Below, piece by piece: positions 56,373 to 64,000 of a stretch of 64,000 nt of DNA (within the stretch, counting starts at the first letter, position 1; the number at the start of each line of letters is the position of its first letter). The notes below the pieces were generated by a model that did not search any database, was not told the origin of the DNA, and saw nothing but the letters and a program-made list of their open reading frames with translations. This DNA comes from Halorarum halobium (GTDB taxonomy: Archaea > Halobacteriota > Halobacteria > Halobacteriales > Haloferacaceae), in NCBI RefSeq assembly GCF_032116555.1, contig NZ_CP134949.1, forward strand, positions 806,001 through 870,000, in the 5' to 3' direction. Both the position numbers and the translations under genes were made by a program.

Positions 56373-57731
56373 TCAGCTTCTCGCCGGGTGGTCGGCCGCC
56401 AGGCGTGGCCCGTCTCCGAGCAGGCGCTCGCGGAGGGTCCCCGCGGTCGGCTCCTGGGGCAGCAGGCCCCGCTCGCGCAACACGGGGCAGACGAGGTCGA
56501 CGAAATCGTCGAGGCTCCCGGTCCGGACGACCTCCTTGACGTTGAACCCGTCAATGCCGACCTCGCGGTACCAGCGTTCGAGTTCGTCCGCGACCGCTTC
56601 GGGCGTGCCGACGACGACCGGCGAGGTCGTGCCCAGTCCCGAGAACTCGGCCACCTCGCGGACGGTCCAGTCGCGGTCCGGGTCCGACCTCGTGAACGCG
56701 TTCATCGTCCCCTGGATGGCGTCGGTCTCGATGTGCTCGATGCGCCGATCGGGGTCGAGTTCCGAGAGGTCCACGTCGAGAAAGCCCGAGAGGAGCGCGA
56801 GCGACGCCTCGACGTCGACGTGCTCGACGAGCGCCTCGTGTTTCGCCTCGGCCGCCGCCGCGGTCTCGCCCACGACGGGGACGATGCCGGGGAAGAACGC
56901 CAGCGAGTCCGAGTCGCGCCCGAGCGCAGCGGCCCGTTCCCGCAGGTCCTCCACGTACTCGACCACGCTGCCCTCGGTCGGCTGTGAGCAGAACACCGCC
57001 TCGGCGTTCGCGGCGGCGAACTCGCGCCCGCGGTCCGAGGAGCCGGCCTGGAAGACGACGGGCGTGCGCTGGGGCGACGGCTCGCAGCCGTGCGGCCCCG
57101 GGACGTCGAAGTGCTCGCCCTCGTGGTCGATGGTGCGGACGCCGTCGGGGTCGGCGTAGAGTCCCCGTTCGGCGTCGCGGACGACCGCGTCCTCGTCCCA
57201 CGACTCCTCCCAGAGCGCGTAGCAGACGTCCATGAACTCGTCCGCGCGGTCGTACCTGGTCGCCTTGTCCATCCGCTCGTCGAGCCCCAGGTTCGTCGCC
57301 GCGGAGTCGAGATACGAGGTGACGACGTTGAACGCGATCCGGCCGTCCGTGAGGTGATCCAGCGTGGAGAACTCCCGCGCGAGCTGGTACGGATGGGTGT
57401 ACGTCGTCGAGCGCGTGAGCGCGAACCCGAGGTCGTCGGTGACCTCAGCCATCGCCGGGACGAGGTAGCTCGGGTCGTTCGCGGGCGTCTGGACCCCCTT
57501 CCGGATCGCCGTCTCGCGGTCGCCGCCGTACACGTCGTACACGCCGCGCACGTCGGCGAAGAACACCGAACTGAACCCGCCGCGCTCTGCGGTCCGGGCG
57601 ACGTCGGTCCAGTAGTCGCGGTCGGTGTACCGATGGGACTGGTCGCCCGGGTGGGTCCACGACCCCGGCGAGACGTGATCGACCGAGTTCATGGTGAAGA
57701 GGTTGAGCCGGAGGTGGTCGTCGCCGCTCAT
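56373..57731 (-). CDS. NtaA/DmoA/DszA-family FMN-dependent (luciferase-like) monooxygenase
   Basis: AERGGFSSVFFAD, STLDHLTDGRIAFNVVTS, SPQRTPVVFQAGSS. Confidence 0.9.
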   Translation of the reverse strand: MSGDDHLRLNLFTMNSVDHVSPGSWTHPGDQSHRYTDRDYWTDVARTAERGGFSSVFFADVRGVYDVYGGDRETAIRKGVQTPANDPSYLVPAMAEVTDDLGFALTRSTTYTHPYQLAREFSTLDHLTDGRIAFNVVTSYLDSAATNLGLDERMDKATRYDRADEFMDVCYALWEESWDEDAVVRDAERGLYADPDGVRTIDHEGEHFDVPGPHGCEPSPQRTPVVFQAGSSDRGREFAAANAEAVFCSQPTEGSVVEYVEDLRERAAALGRDSDSLAFFPGIVPVVGETAAAAEAKHEALVEHVDVEASLALLSGFLDVDLSELDPDRRIEHIETDAIQGTMNAFTRSDPDRDWTVREVAEFSGLGTTSPVVVGTPEAVADELERWYREVGIDGFNVKEVVRTGSLDDFVDLVCPVLRERGLLPQEPTAGTLRERLLGDGPRLAADHPARS

Positions 57732-57931
57732 GCCCCTGCCTCCGGGACACCGCCGGTAAGCCCCGGCGGAATCGGCCGTCCGTGCCGGGTTCTCGGACGC
57801 GCCGGGCGATCGCTCCGCCGCGGCCGGCGCGTTCGTCCTCCCCTCGCTTCCGACGCGTCACCTCCGCCGCTCGCGGCGCGCGAAGCGCAACCGTCTAAAC
57901 CCCGCCCGAACACCGTCCAGCCGACCCATCG

Positions 57932-58432
57932 ATGTCAGGAGGGGATCGACTCGTCGTGGTGTGCGGGCTGCCGGGGGCCGGGAAGACGACCGTCGCGGCC
58001 GAGATCGCCGAGCGCATCGACGCCGAACTGCTCCGGACCGACGTGGTCCGCAAGGACGTCGTCCCCGAACCGGAGTACACCCCCGAGGAGACCCGCCGGT
58101 CGTACGACGAACTGTTCGACCGCGCGGCCGCGGCCGTCGCCGAGCACGGCGCGGTCGTCCTCGACGGGACGTTCCGTCAGGCGCGCTACCGGGCGGAGGT
58201 CCGGGCGGTCGCGGGTGACGTCGGCGCGTCGTTCGACCTCGTGAAAGTCGAGTGCGACGAGGAGACCGTCCGCGAGCGAATCACCGCCCGGGAGGGCGAC
58301 GAGAGCGACGCCGACTTCGGGGTCCACGAACTGATCCGCGAGGAGTTCGAGGCCGTGTCGGCCCCCGACCTCACCGTCGACAACTCGGGCGACCTCCCCG
58401 AGACCCGCCGACAGGTCGACGCGATGTACTGA
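57932..58432 (+). CDS. P-loop kinase (AAA_33-like)
   Basis: CGLPGAGKTT, RTDVVRK, VLDGTF. Confidence 0.85.
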   Translation: MSGGDRLVVVCGLPGAGKTTVAAEIAERIDAELLRTDVVRKDVVPEPEYTPEETRRSYDELFDRAAAAVAEHGAVVLDGTFRQARYRAEVRAVAGDVGASFDLVKVECDEETVRERITAREGDESDADFGVHELIREEFEAVSAPDLTVDNSGDLPETRRQVDAMY

Positions 58433-58649
58433 TCCCGGGTCCCTCCCGGGGCATTCGCCCCGTTTCTCCGGACCGCCGTGTGGTTCTCCGAGTCGAGCGT
58501 CCGTCGAACCTTTCCGCGCTCGCTCCGGCCGCCGGCGTCCAGGCCGCCGCGTCATCAGCAGCCAGGTCACCCCGCCACCGGGCCGCACGCCCGCGACAGG
58601 CTTATGCTGATGCACACATTCGTACATCACAAGACGGATTCATTCATCC

Positions 58650-59651
58650 ATGTCCACAATACAGACGCTCGTCGAGCGCGTGACCGAGGGCGATGACCTC
58701 ACCGTCGCCGAGTCGCGCGAGGCGGCGACGCTCGTGTTCGAGGAGGCGACGGAGGCACAGATCGGCGCGCTGCTCGCGGCGCTGCGCGCGAAAGGCGAGA
58801 CGGAGGCCGAGATCGCGGGCTTCGCGCAGGGGATGCGCGACGCGGCCCGGACCATCGACCCGGCGGGCGACCCGCTCGTCGACACCTGCGGCACCGGCGG
58901 CGACGACTACGACACGATCAACGTCTCGACCACCTCGGCCATCGTCGCGGCCGGCGCGGGCGTGACGGTGGCGAAACACGGCAACTACTCCGTCTCCTCC
59001 TCCTCCGGGAGCGCGGACGTGCTGGAGGTCGCTGGCGTCGAGATCGACGCCGAACCGCCGGCCGTCGAGCGCGCCATCGAGCGCGACGGCATCGGATTCA
59101 TGCTCGCGCCCGTGTTCCACCCTGCCATGAAGGCAGTCATCGGCCCGCGCAAGGAACTCGGGATGCGGACGCTGTTCAACGTGCTCGGCCCGCTGACGAA
59201 CCCCGCCGGCGCGGAGGCGCAGGTGCTGGGCGTGTACGACCCCGACCTCGTCCCGCTGCTGGCCGACGCGCTGACGCACATGCCGACCGACCGCGCGCTG
59301 GTCGTCCACGGCGACGGCGCCGACGAGATCGCGCTCCACGGCCCGACCACGGTGGCGGAGGTCGACGGCGACGACGTGACGGAGTTCACGCTGACGCCCG
59401 AGGACTTCGGCCTCGAGGGCGCGCCCGTCGCCGACATCGCGGGCGGGACGCCCGAGGGCAACGCCCGGGACCTGGAGGGAATCGTAACCGGCGAGGTGAC
59501 CGGGCCCAAGCGGGACGTCATCCTCGCCAACGCCGGGGCGGCGATCTACGTCGCCGGCGAGGCAGACAGCATCGAGGACGGGGTCGACCGCGCCGCGAGC
59601 GCCATCGACGTGGGGGACGCCGCCGACACCCTGGCGGCGATGCGCCAGTGA
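58650..59651 (+). CDS. trpD: Anthranilate phosphoribosyltransferase
   Basis: DTCGTGGD..TINVST, KHGN, GSAD, RTLFNVLGPLTNP. Confidence 0.95.
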   Translation: MSTIQTLVERVTEGDDLTVAESREAATLVFEEATEAQIGALLAALRAKGETEAEIAGFAQGMRDAARTIDPAGDPLVDTCGTGGDDYDTINVSTTSAIVAAGAGVTVAKHGNYSVSSSSGSADVLEVAGVEIDAEPPAVERAIERDGIGFMLAPVFHPAMKAVIGPRKELGMRTLFNVLGPLTNPAGAEAQVLGVYDPDLVPLLADALTHMPTDRALVVHGDGADEIALHGPTTVAEVDGDDVTEFTLTPEDFGLEGAPVADIAGGTPEGNARDLEGIVTGEVTGPKRDVILANAGAAIYVAGEADSIEDGVDRAASAIDVGDAADTLAAMRQ

Positions 59652-60310
59652 CCCGCGTGAAGGTCTGTGGCGTCACGAACGCCACCGACCTCCGGGCGGT
59701 CGCGGAGGCGGGCGCCGACGCGGTCGGCGTCATCGCCGACGTGCCGGTGGACACGCCCCGCGAGGTGAACCTCGCCACCGCGGCCGACCTGGCGGCCGCC
59801 GCGCCGCCGTTCCTCACGACGACGCTCGTCACGATGCCGGTCGAGGCCCAGGACGCCGTCGACGCCGCGCGACTGGTCGACCCCGACGTGCTCCAGTTGC
59901 ACGGCGATGATCTGGGCCCGACCGACATCGGCTACGTCCGCGCCGAGGCGGGCGTCAAGGTCGTCCCCGTCGTCGACCACGCGGACGCCGACCGCGCCCG
60001 GGAGCTCGACGAGGCCGCCGACGCCATCGTGGTCGACTCCACGAGCGAGGAGGGCGCGGGCGGCACCGGCGAGACGCACGACTGGGGGGCGACCGCCGAA
60101 CTCGCCCGGGAGCTCGTCTCGCCGGTTATCCTCGCCGGCGGGCTCACCCCGGAGAACGTCGCCGCGGCCATCTCGACGGTCGAGCCGTTCGCCGTCGACG
60201 TCGCCTCCGGCGTCGAACAGTCCGGCGGTGCGAAGGACCACACGGCGGTCGCGCGGTTCGTCCGCAACGCCGGCCGGTCGCTCGGCGAGGCCGAGGAGGT
60301 CCACGGCTGA
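59648..60310 (+). CDS. trpF: Phosphoribosylanthranilate isomerase
   Basis: VKVCGVT, QLHG, GGTGETHDW, LAGGLTPENV, DVASGVE. Confidence 0.95.
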   Translation: MTRVKVCGVTNATDLRAVAEAGADAVGVIADVPVDTPREVNLATAADLAAAAPPFLTTTLVTMPVEAQDAVDAARLVDPDVLQLHGDDLGPTDIGYVRAEAGVKVVPVVDHADADRARELDEAADAIVVDSTSEEGAGGTGETHDWGATAELARELVSPVILAGGLTPENVAAAISTVEPFAVDVASGVEQSGGAKDHTAVARFVRNAGRSLGEAEEVHG

Positions 60311-62094
60311 TGGGGGAGGACGCCGAACTCGATCGCACGCGCGAGGCGTTCGTCGAACTCGCCGAGTCGGCCGACGGTCCCGCGGTCGTCCACCTCACCG
60401 CCGGCGTCGACGCGGACGTGGAGCCGCTGACCGCCTACGCCGCGCTCTCGGACCGGTCGGACCACTCGTTCCTGCTGGAGAGCGCGCGGAAGGTCGCCTC
60501 CAGCGACCCGGCCGGCGCGTTCGCGCCAAGCGCCGGCGGCGATCCGACGGCGGAGGGCGGGGCGGGAACCGACGGCGACACCCCGGCGGGCCCCGCGGAC
60601 GCCGGCGCGGAGCGACACGCCCGCTTCTCGTTCGTCGGCTACGACCCCGAGGCGGTCGTCTCCGTCTACCCCGACCGGACCGAACTCGCGGCGCTCGGCC
60701 CGGCGGCCGAGTACGTCGAAACCGGCGGCGACGACGTGGTCGACCGCGTCCGCGCCGCGCTGCCCGACGCCGAGCGCGTCGGCTTCCCGGACTCGGACCG
60801 GCAGACGCTCGACGGCGGCCTCGTGGGCTTTCTCGCATACGACGCGGTCTACGACCTGCGGCTCGGGGCGGTCGGGGTCGAGCGTCCCGACCCGATCGTC
60901 CCGGACGCGGAGTTCGTGCTGACGACGCGGACGCTCGCGTTCGACGACCGCGAGGGCACCGTCCGGCTGGTGTTCACGCCCGTCGTCGGTCCGGACGCGG
61001 ACCCGGGCGCCGTGTACGACGAGCTCGCCGCGGAGGCGAGCGACGTCGAGGCGACGCTCCGGTCGGCCGACCCGCCCGAGACGCGGGGAATCAGGCGGAC
61101 CGGCGGGACGGCGGGCCCGCGGGATGCCTACGAGGCGGCGGTGGAGACCGCGAAGGAGCACGTCCTCGACGGCGACATCTACCAGGGCGTGATCTCCCGG
61201 ACCCGGACCGTCGAGGGGGCGGTCGACGACCTCTCGCTGTACGAGTCGCTGCGGGCGGTGAACCCGTCGCCGTACATGTACCTGCTCCGGCACGGCGACC
61301 GGTCGGTCGTGGGCGCGTCGCCGGAGACGCTCGTCTCGGTGCAGGGCGACCGGGTCGTCTCGAACCCCATCGCGGGGACGTGCGAGCGCGGCTCCTCGCC
61401 GGTCGAGGACCGCCGGCTCGCGGGCGAGATGCTCGCGGACGGGAAGGAGCGCGCCGAACACACGATGCTCGTGGATCTTGCGCGCAACGACGTCCGGCGC
61501 GTCTCCGCCCCCGGCTCCGTCCGGGTCGAGGAGTTCATGAACGTCCTGAAGTACAGCCACGTCCAGCACATCGAGTCCACGGTGACCGGGACGCTCGCGG
61601 CCGACGCGGACGCGTTCGACGCGACGCGCGCGACGTTCCCCGCCGGCACCCTGACCGGCGCGCCGAAGGTGCGCGCGATGGAGCTCATCGACGAACTCGA
61701 GCTCGCACCGCGCGGCGTCTACGGCGGCGGCGTCGGCTACTACTCCTGGAGCGGCGACGCCGATTTCGCCATCGTCATCCGGACCGCGACCGTCGAGCAC
61801 GGCGCGCTCGGCAGTTCCGGGGACGGTCGCCGGGTCGGCGGCGAGGCGGAGGACGAACTCACCGTCCGCGCGGGCGCGGGAATCGTCGCCGACTCCGACC
61901 CCGCGAGCGAGTACGAGGAGACCGAGCAGAAGATGGGCGGCGTGCTCGACGCCGTCGAGCGCGTGCTCGTCGGCGAGGGTTCGGGGCGGCTGGACGACGA
62001 TTCGGCAGGGCGGGTCGGCGACGAGGAGGGCTCCGATTCGGGCTGTCCCGCCGGCGAGTCCGGGCCGCTCGCCGGGTCGGAGGCCGACCGATGA
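60310..62094 (+). CDS. trpE: Anthranilate synthase component I
   Basis: LLES, NPSPYMY, GASPE, PIAGT, KERAEHTMLVDLARND, GAPKVRAM. Confidence 0.95.
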   Translation: MGEDAELDRTREAFVELAESADGPAVVHLTAGVDADVEPLTAYAALSDRSDHSFLLESARKVASSDPAGAFAPSAGGDPTAEGGAGTDGDTPAGPADAGAERHARFSFVGYDPEAVVSVYPDRTELAALGPAAEYVETGGDDVVDRVRAALPDAERVGFPDSDRQTLDGGLVGFLAYDAVYDLRLGAVGVERPDPIVPDAEFVLTTRTLAFDDREGTVRLVFTPVVGPDADPGAVYDELAAEASDVEATLRSADPPETRGIRRTGGTAGPRDAYEAAVETAKEHVLDGDIYQGVISRTRTVEGAVDDLSLYESLRAVNPSPYMYLLRHGDRSVVGASPETLVSVQGDRVVSNPIAGTCERGSSPVEDRRLAGEMLADGKERAEHTMLVDLARNDVRRVSAPGSVRVEEFMNVLKYSHVQHIESTVTGTLAADADAFDATRATFPAGTLTGAPKVRAMELIDELELAPRGVYGGGVGYYSWSGDADFAIVIRTATVEHGALGSSGDGRRVGGEAEDELTVRAGAGIVADSDPASEYEETEQKMGGVLDAVERVLVGEGSGRLDDDSAGRVGDEEGSDSGCPAGESGPLAGSEADR

Positions 62095-62687
62095 ACGTCA
62101 CCGTCCTCGACAACTACGACTCGTTCACGTACAACCTCGTCGAGTACGTCAGCGACCTCGACCTCCCCGACGGCCGGCCGTCCATCGAGGTGCTGACGAA
62201 CGACGTCCCGCTGGCGGCGGTCCGGGACGCCGACCCGGACGCGCTGGTCATCAGTCCCGGCCCCGGCCACCCGAAGAACGACCGCGACGTCGGCGTAACG
62301 ATGCCGGTCCTGCGGGAGCTTTCCCCCACGGTCCCGACGCTGGGCGTCTGTCTCGGCCTGGAGGCGGCGGTGTACGAGTACGGCGGGACGGTCGGGCACG
62401 CGCCGGAACCGATCCACGGGAAGGCGTTCCCGGTCGAGCACGACGGCGCGGGCGTGTTCGCGGGCCTGGACCAGGGGTTCAGGGCGGGCCGGTACCACTC
62501 GCTCGTCGCCACCGCGGTGCCGGACTGTTTCGACGTGACGGCGACGACAGACCACGGCGGGGAGTCGCTCGTGATGGGCGTCAGACACCGCGAGCACCCG
62601 ATCGAGGCCGTGCAGTTCCACCCGGAGTCGGTGCTCACGGCGGTGGGACACGACGTCGTGGCGAACTTCCTGACCGAGTGCGTCTGA
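62091..62687 (+). CDS. trpG: Anthranilate synthase component II
   Basis: DNYDSFTYNL, SPGPG, GVCLG, RYHSL, QFHPES. Confidence 0.95.
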   Translation: MNVTVLDNYDSFTYNLVEYVSDLDLPDGRPSIEVLTNDVPLAAVRDADPDALVISPGPGHPKNDRDVGVTMPVLRELSPTVPTLGVCLGLEAAVYEYGGTVGHAPEPIHGKAFPVEHDGAGVFAGLDQGFRAGRYHSLVATAVPDCFDVTATTDHGGESLVMGVRHREHPIEAVQFHPESVLTAVGHDVVANFLTECV

Positions 62688-62741
62688 GGCCGTGCGGAAC
62701 GGCGATTCGGTCGTCGGCCCTCGACCGTCGGCGGACCCCGC

Positions 62742-62954
62742 TCAGATGAGGTACGTCGTGACGAGCAGGAACGCGCCGACGCCGACGGCCGCGATGAGCG
62801 CGATCTTCCAGGCGATCTTCATCACGATCCGCCCGACGAGCAGGACCGCGAGGAACGCCACGGTGGCGAGGAAGACCTGTCCGAGGGTGCCGTCGAAGGG
62901 GGCCGGAAGCTGCTGTAGCGCGGTGCCGACGAGCGGGGCGAGTTCCACGACCAT
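62742..62954 (-). CDS. Small membrane protein (70 aa)
   Basis: LLVGRIVMKIAWKIALIAA; ATG at 62954. Confidence 0.65.
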   Translation of the reverse strand: MVVELAPLVGTALQQLPAPFDGTLGQVFLATVAFLAVLLVGRIVMKIAWKIALIAAVGVGAFLLVTTYLI

Positions 62955-63363
62955 GCTCGCTCCGTAGACGGGCCTCCTACATACCGCTTGTCCCTCGATT
63001 AGGCACACCGTATCCGGCGGTACTCCGGGGATACTAACCACGTATGCACAATACTGCATCCCGTTCCCGTCGTCACGTTTCCACTCGAACCGCACGACTG
63101 AACAACTTTCGCTCCGCTCTACACACTCTTATACTTCCGGAGGACGTATCAGCACACATCCGGAAGCGATTCACCCCGGCAGGGCCGTCGCCGCGAAGCG
63201 ACGGTGCCCAACCGTGGTTGAATTAATGAAACTACGTTCGGACCCACAACGGTTATGAGCGTGGGTCCGGAAGCGAACTTCCGTCCGAACCACCCATGGA
63301 ACACCACCACGCAATCACCGAATTCGCTCGCAAGCGGGCCCGCTCGGGGGAGGGGCACGAGGA

Positions 63364-64000
63364 ATGAGCCGCGCGGACCTCGGCGCGGACGAACTCGACC
63401 TCCCGATCAAACGTACCGAGGGGAACACCCTCCGGGAGCGACTCACCGGTAACGCCTACGACAACATCCTGCCCGCGCGCTACCTCCGCAAGGACGCCGA
63501 CGGCAACCTCACCGAGACCCAGGAGGAGCTGTTCGTCCGCGTCGCGGAGAACATCGCGCTCGCCGAGGCCGTCTACGAGGCCGACAAGCGCGGCGTCGAG
63601 GTGACGGTCACGCCAGACCAGCTCAAGCCCGACCACCCGCGCCGCGACGAACTCGCTGCGGAGGTCTTCGGCAAGGGGGTCTCCCCGGAGGACGACGCCG
63701 AGACGACGCTTTCGGTCCACAACGTCAACAAGTTCGCCTACGACACGGTCGTTCCCGACCTCCCCGACGACGTCGCCGCCCACGTCGAGGACGTGGCCGA
63801 CGAGTTCCGTGAGCTGATGGAGCAGCTCTCCTTCATGCCGAACTCGCCGACGCTGATGAACGCCGGCGACGAGCTCCAGCAGCTGTCGGCCTGCTTCGTC
63901 GACTCGCCGGGCGACGACATCGACGACATCCACCAGACGGCCAAGGAGGCCGCCCAGGTGTTCCAGTCGGGCGGCGGCATGGGCTACGCGTTCTGGAAGC
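63364..64000 (+). CDS. nrdJ: Class II (AdoCbl) ribonucleotide reductase, 5' part
   Basis: Own translation: MSRADL...[10 protein letters not shown]...[20 protein letters not shown]...QSGGGMG; runs off the window. Confidence 0.9.
   Translation, partial: MSRADLGADELDLPIKRTEGNTLRERLTGNAYDNILPARYLRKDADGNLTETQEELFVRVAENIALAEAVYEADKRGVEVTVTPDQLKPDHPRRDELAAEVFGKGVSPEDDAETTLSVHNVNKFAYDTVVPDLPDDVAAHVEDVADEFRELMEQLSFMPNSPTLMNAGDELQQLSACFVDSPGDDIDDIHQTAKEAAQVFQSGGGMGYAFWK

Noticed and set aside
63364..64000. Intein in nrdJ
   Set aside because: None visible in the portion inside the window.

Overview
GC-rich haloarchaeal (Halobacteria-like) chromosomal window, judged from the acidic proteins, apparently leaderless genes and archaeal gene set. 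Housekeeping content: an 11-subunit-type complex I operon (nuoA-B-CD-H-I-J1-J2-K-L-M-N), purK/purE, trmY, tRNA-Pro(CGG), tRNA-Leu(TAA), pspA, tfs, a cyclophilin, ahbAB, trpDFEG and the start of a class II ribonucleotide reductase. Two accessory signals stand out. (1) A 5,408-bp AT-richer element (tyrosine integrase, HUH Rep-like protein, PD-(D/E)XK mini-nuclease, small membrane proteins) is integrated inside the protein-coding tfs gene. The original tfs 3' end (KCKECGYRWREYN*) is stranded at 40861-40902, and the element supplies a recoded replacement tail (KCKDCHNRWREYN*). Excision would fuse an ORF at the right end in frame to the integrase reading frame. (2) A dispersed, modular, palindromic intergenic repeat family occurs at about seven loci. 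It shows nested cargo, covarying 14-bp stems and, at two independent loci, trailing arrays with an exact 57-bp period. All calls are by eye from sequence and motifs; no database searches were run.
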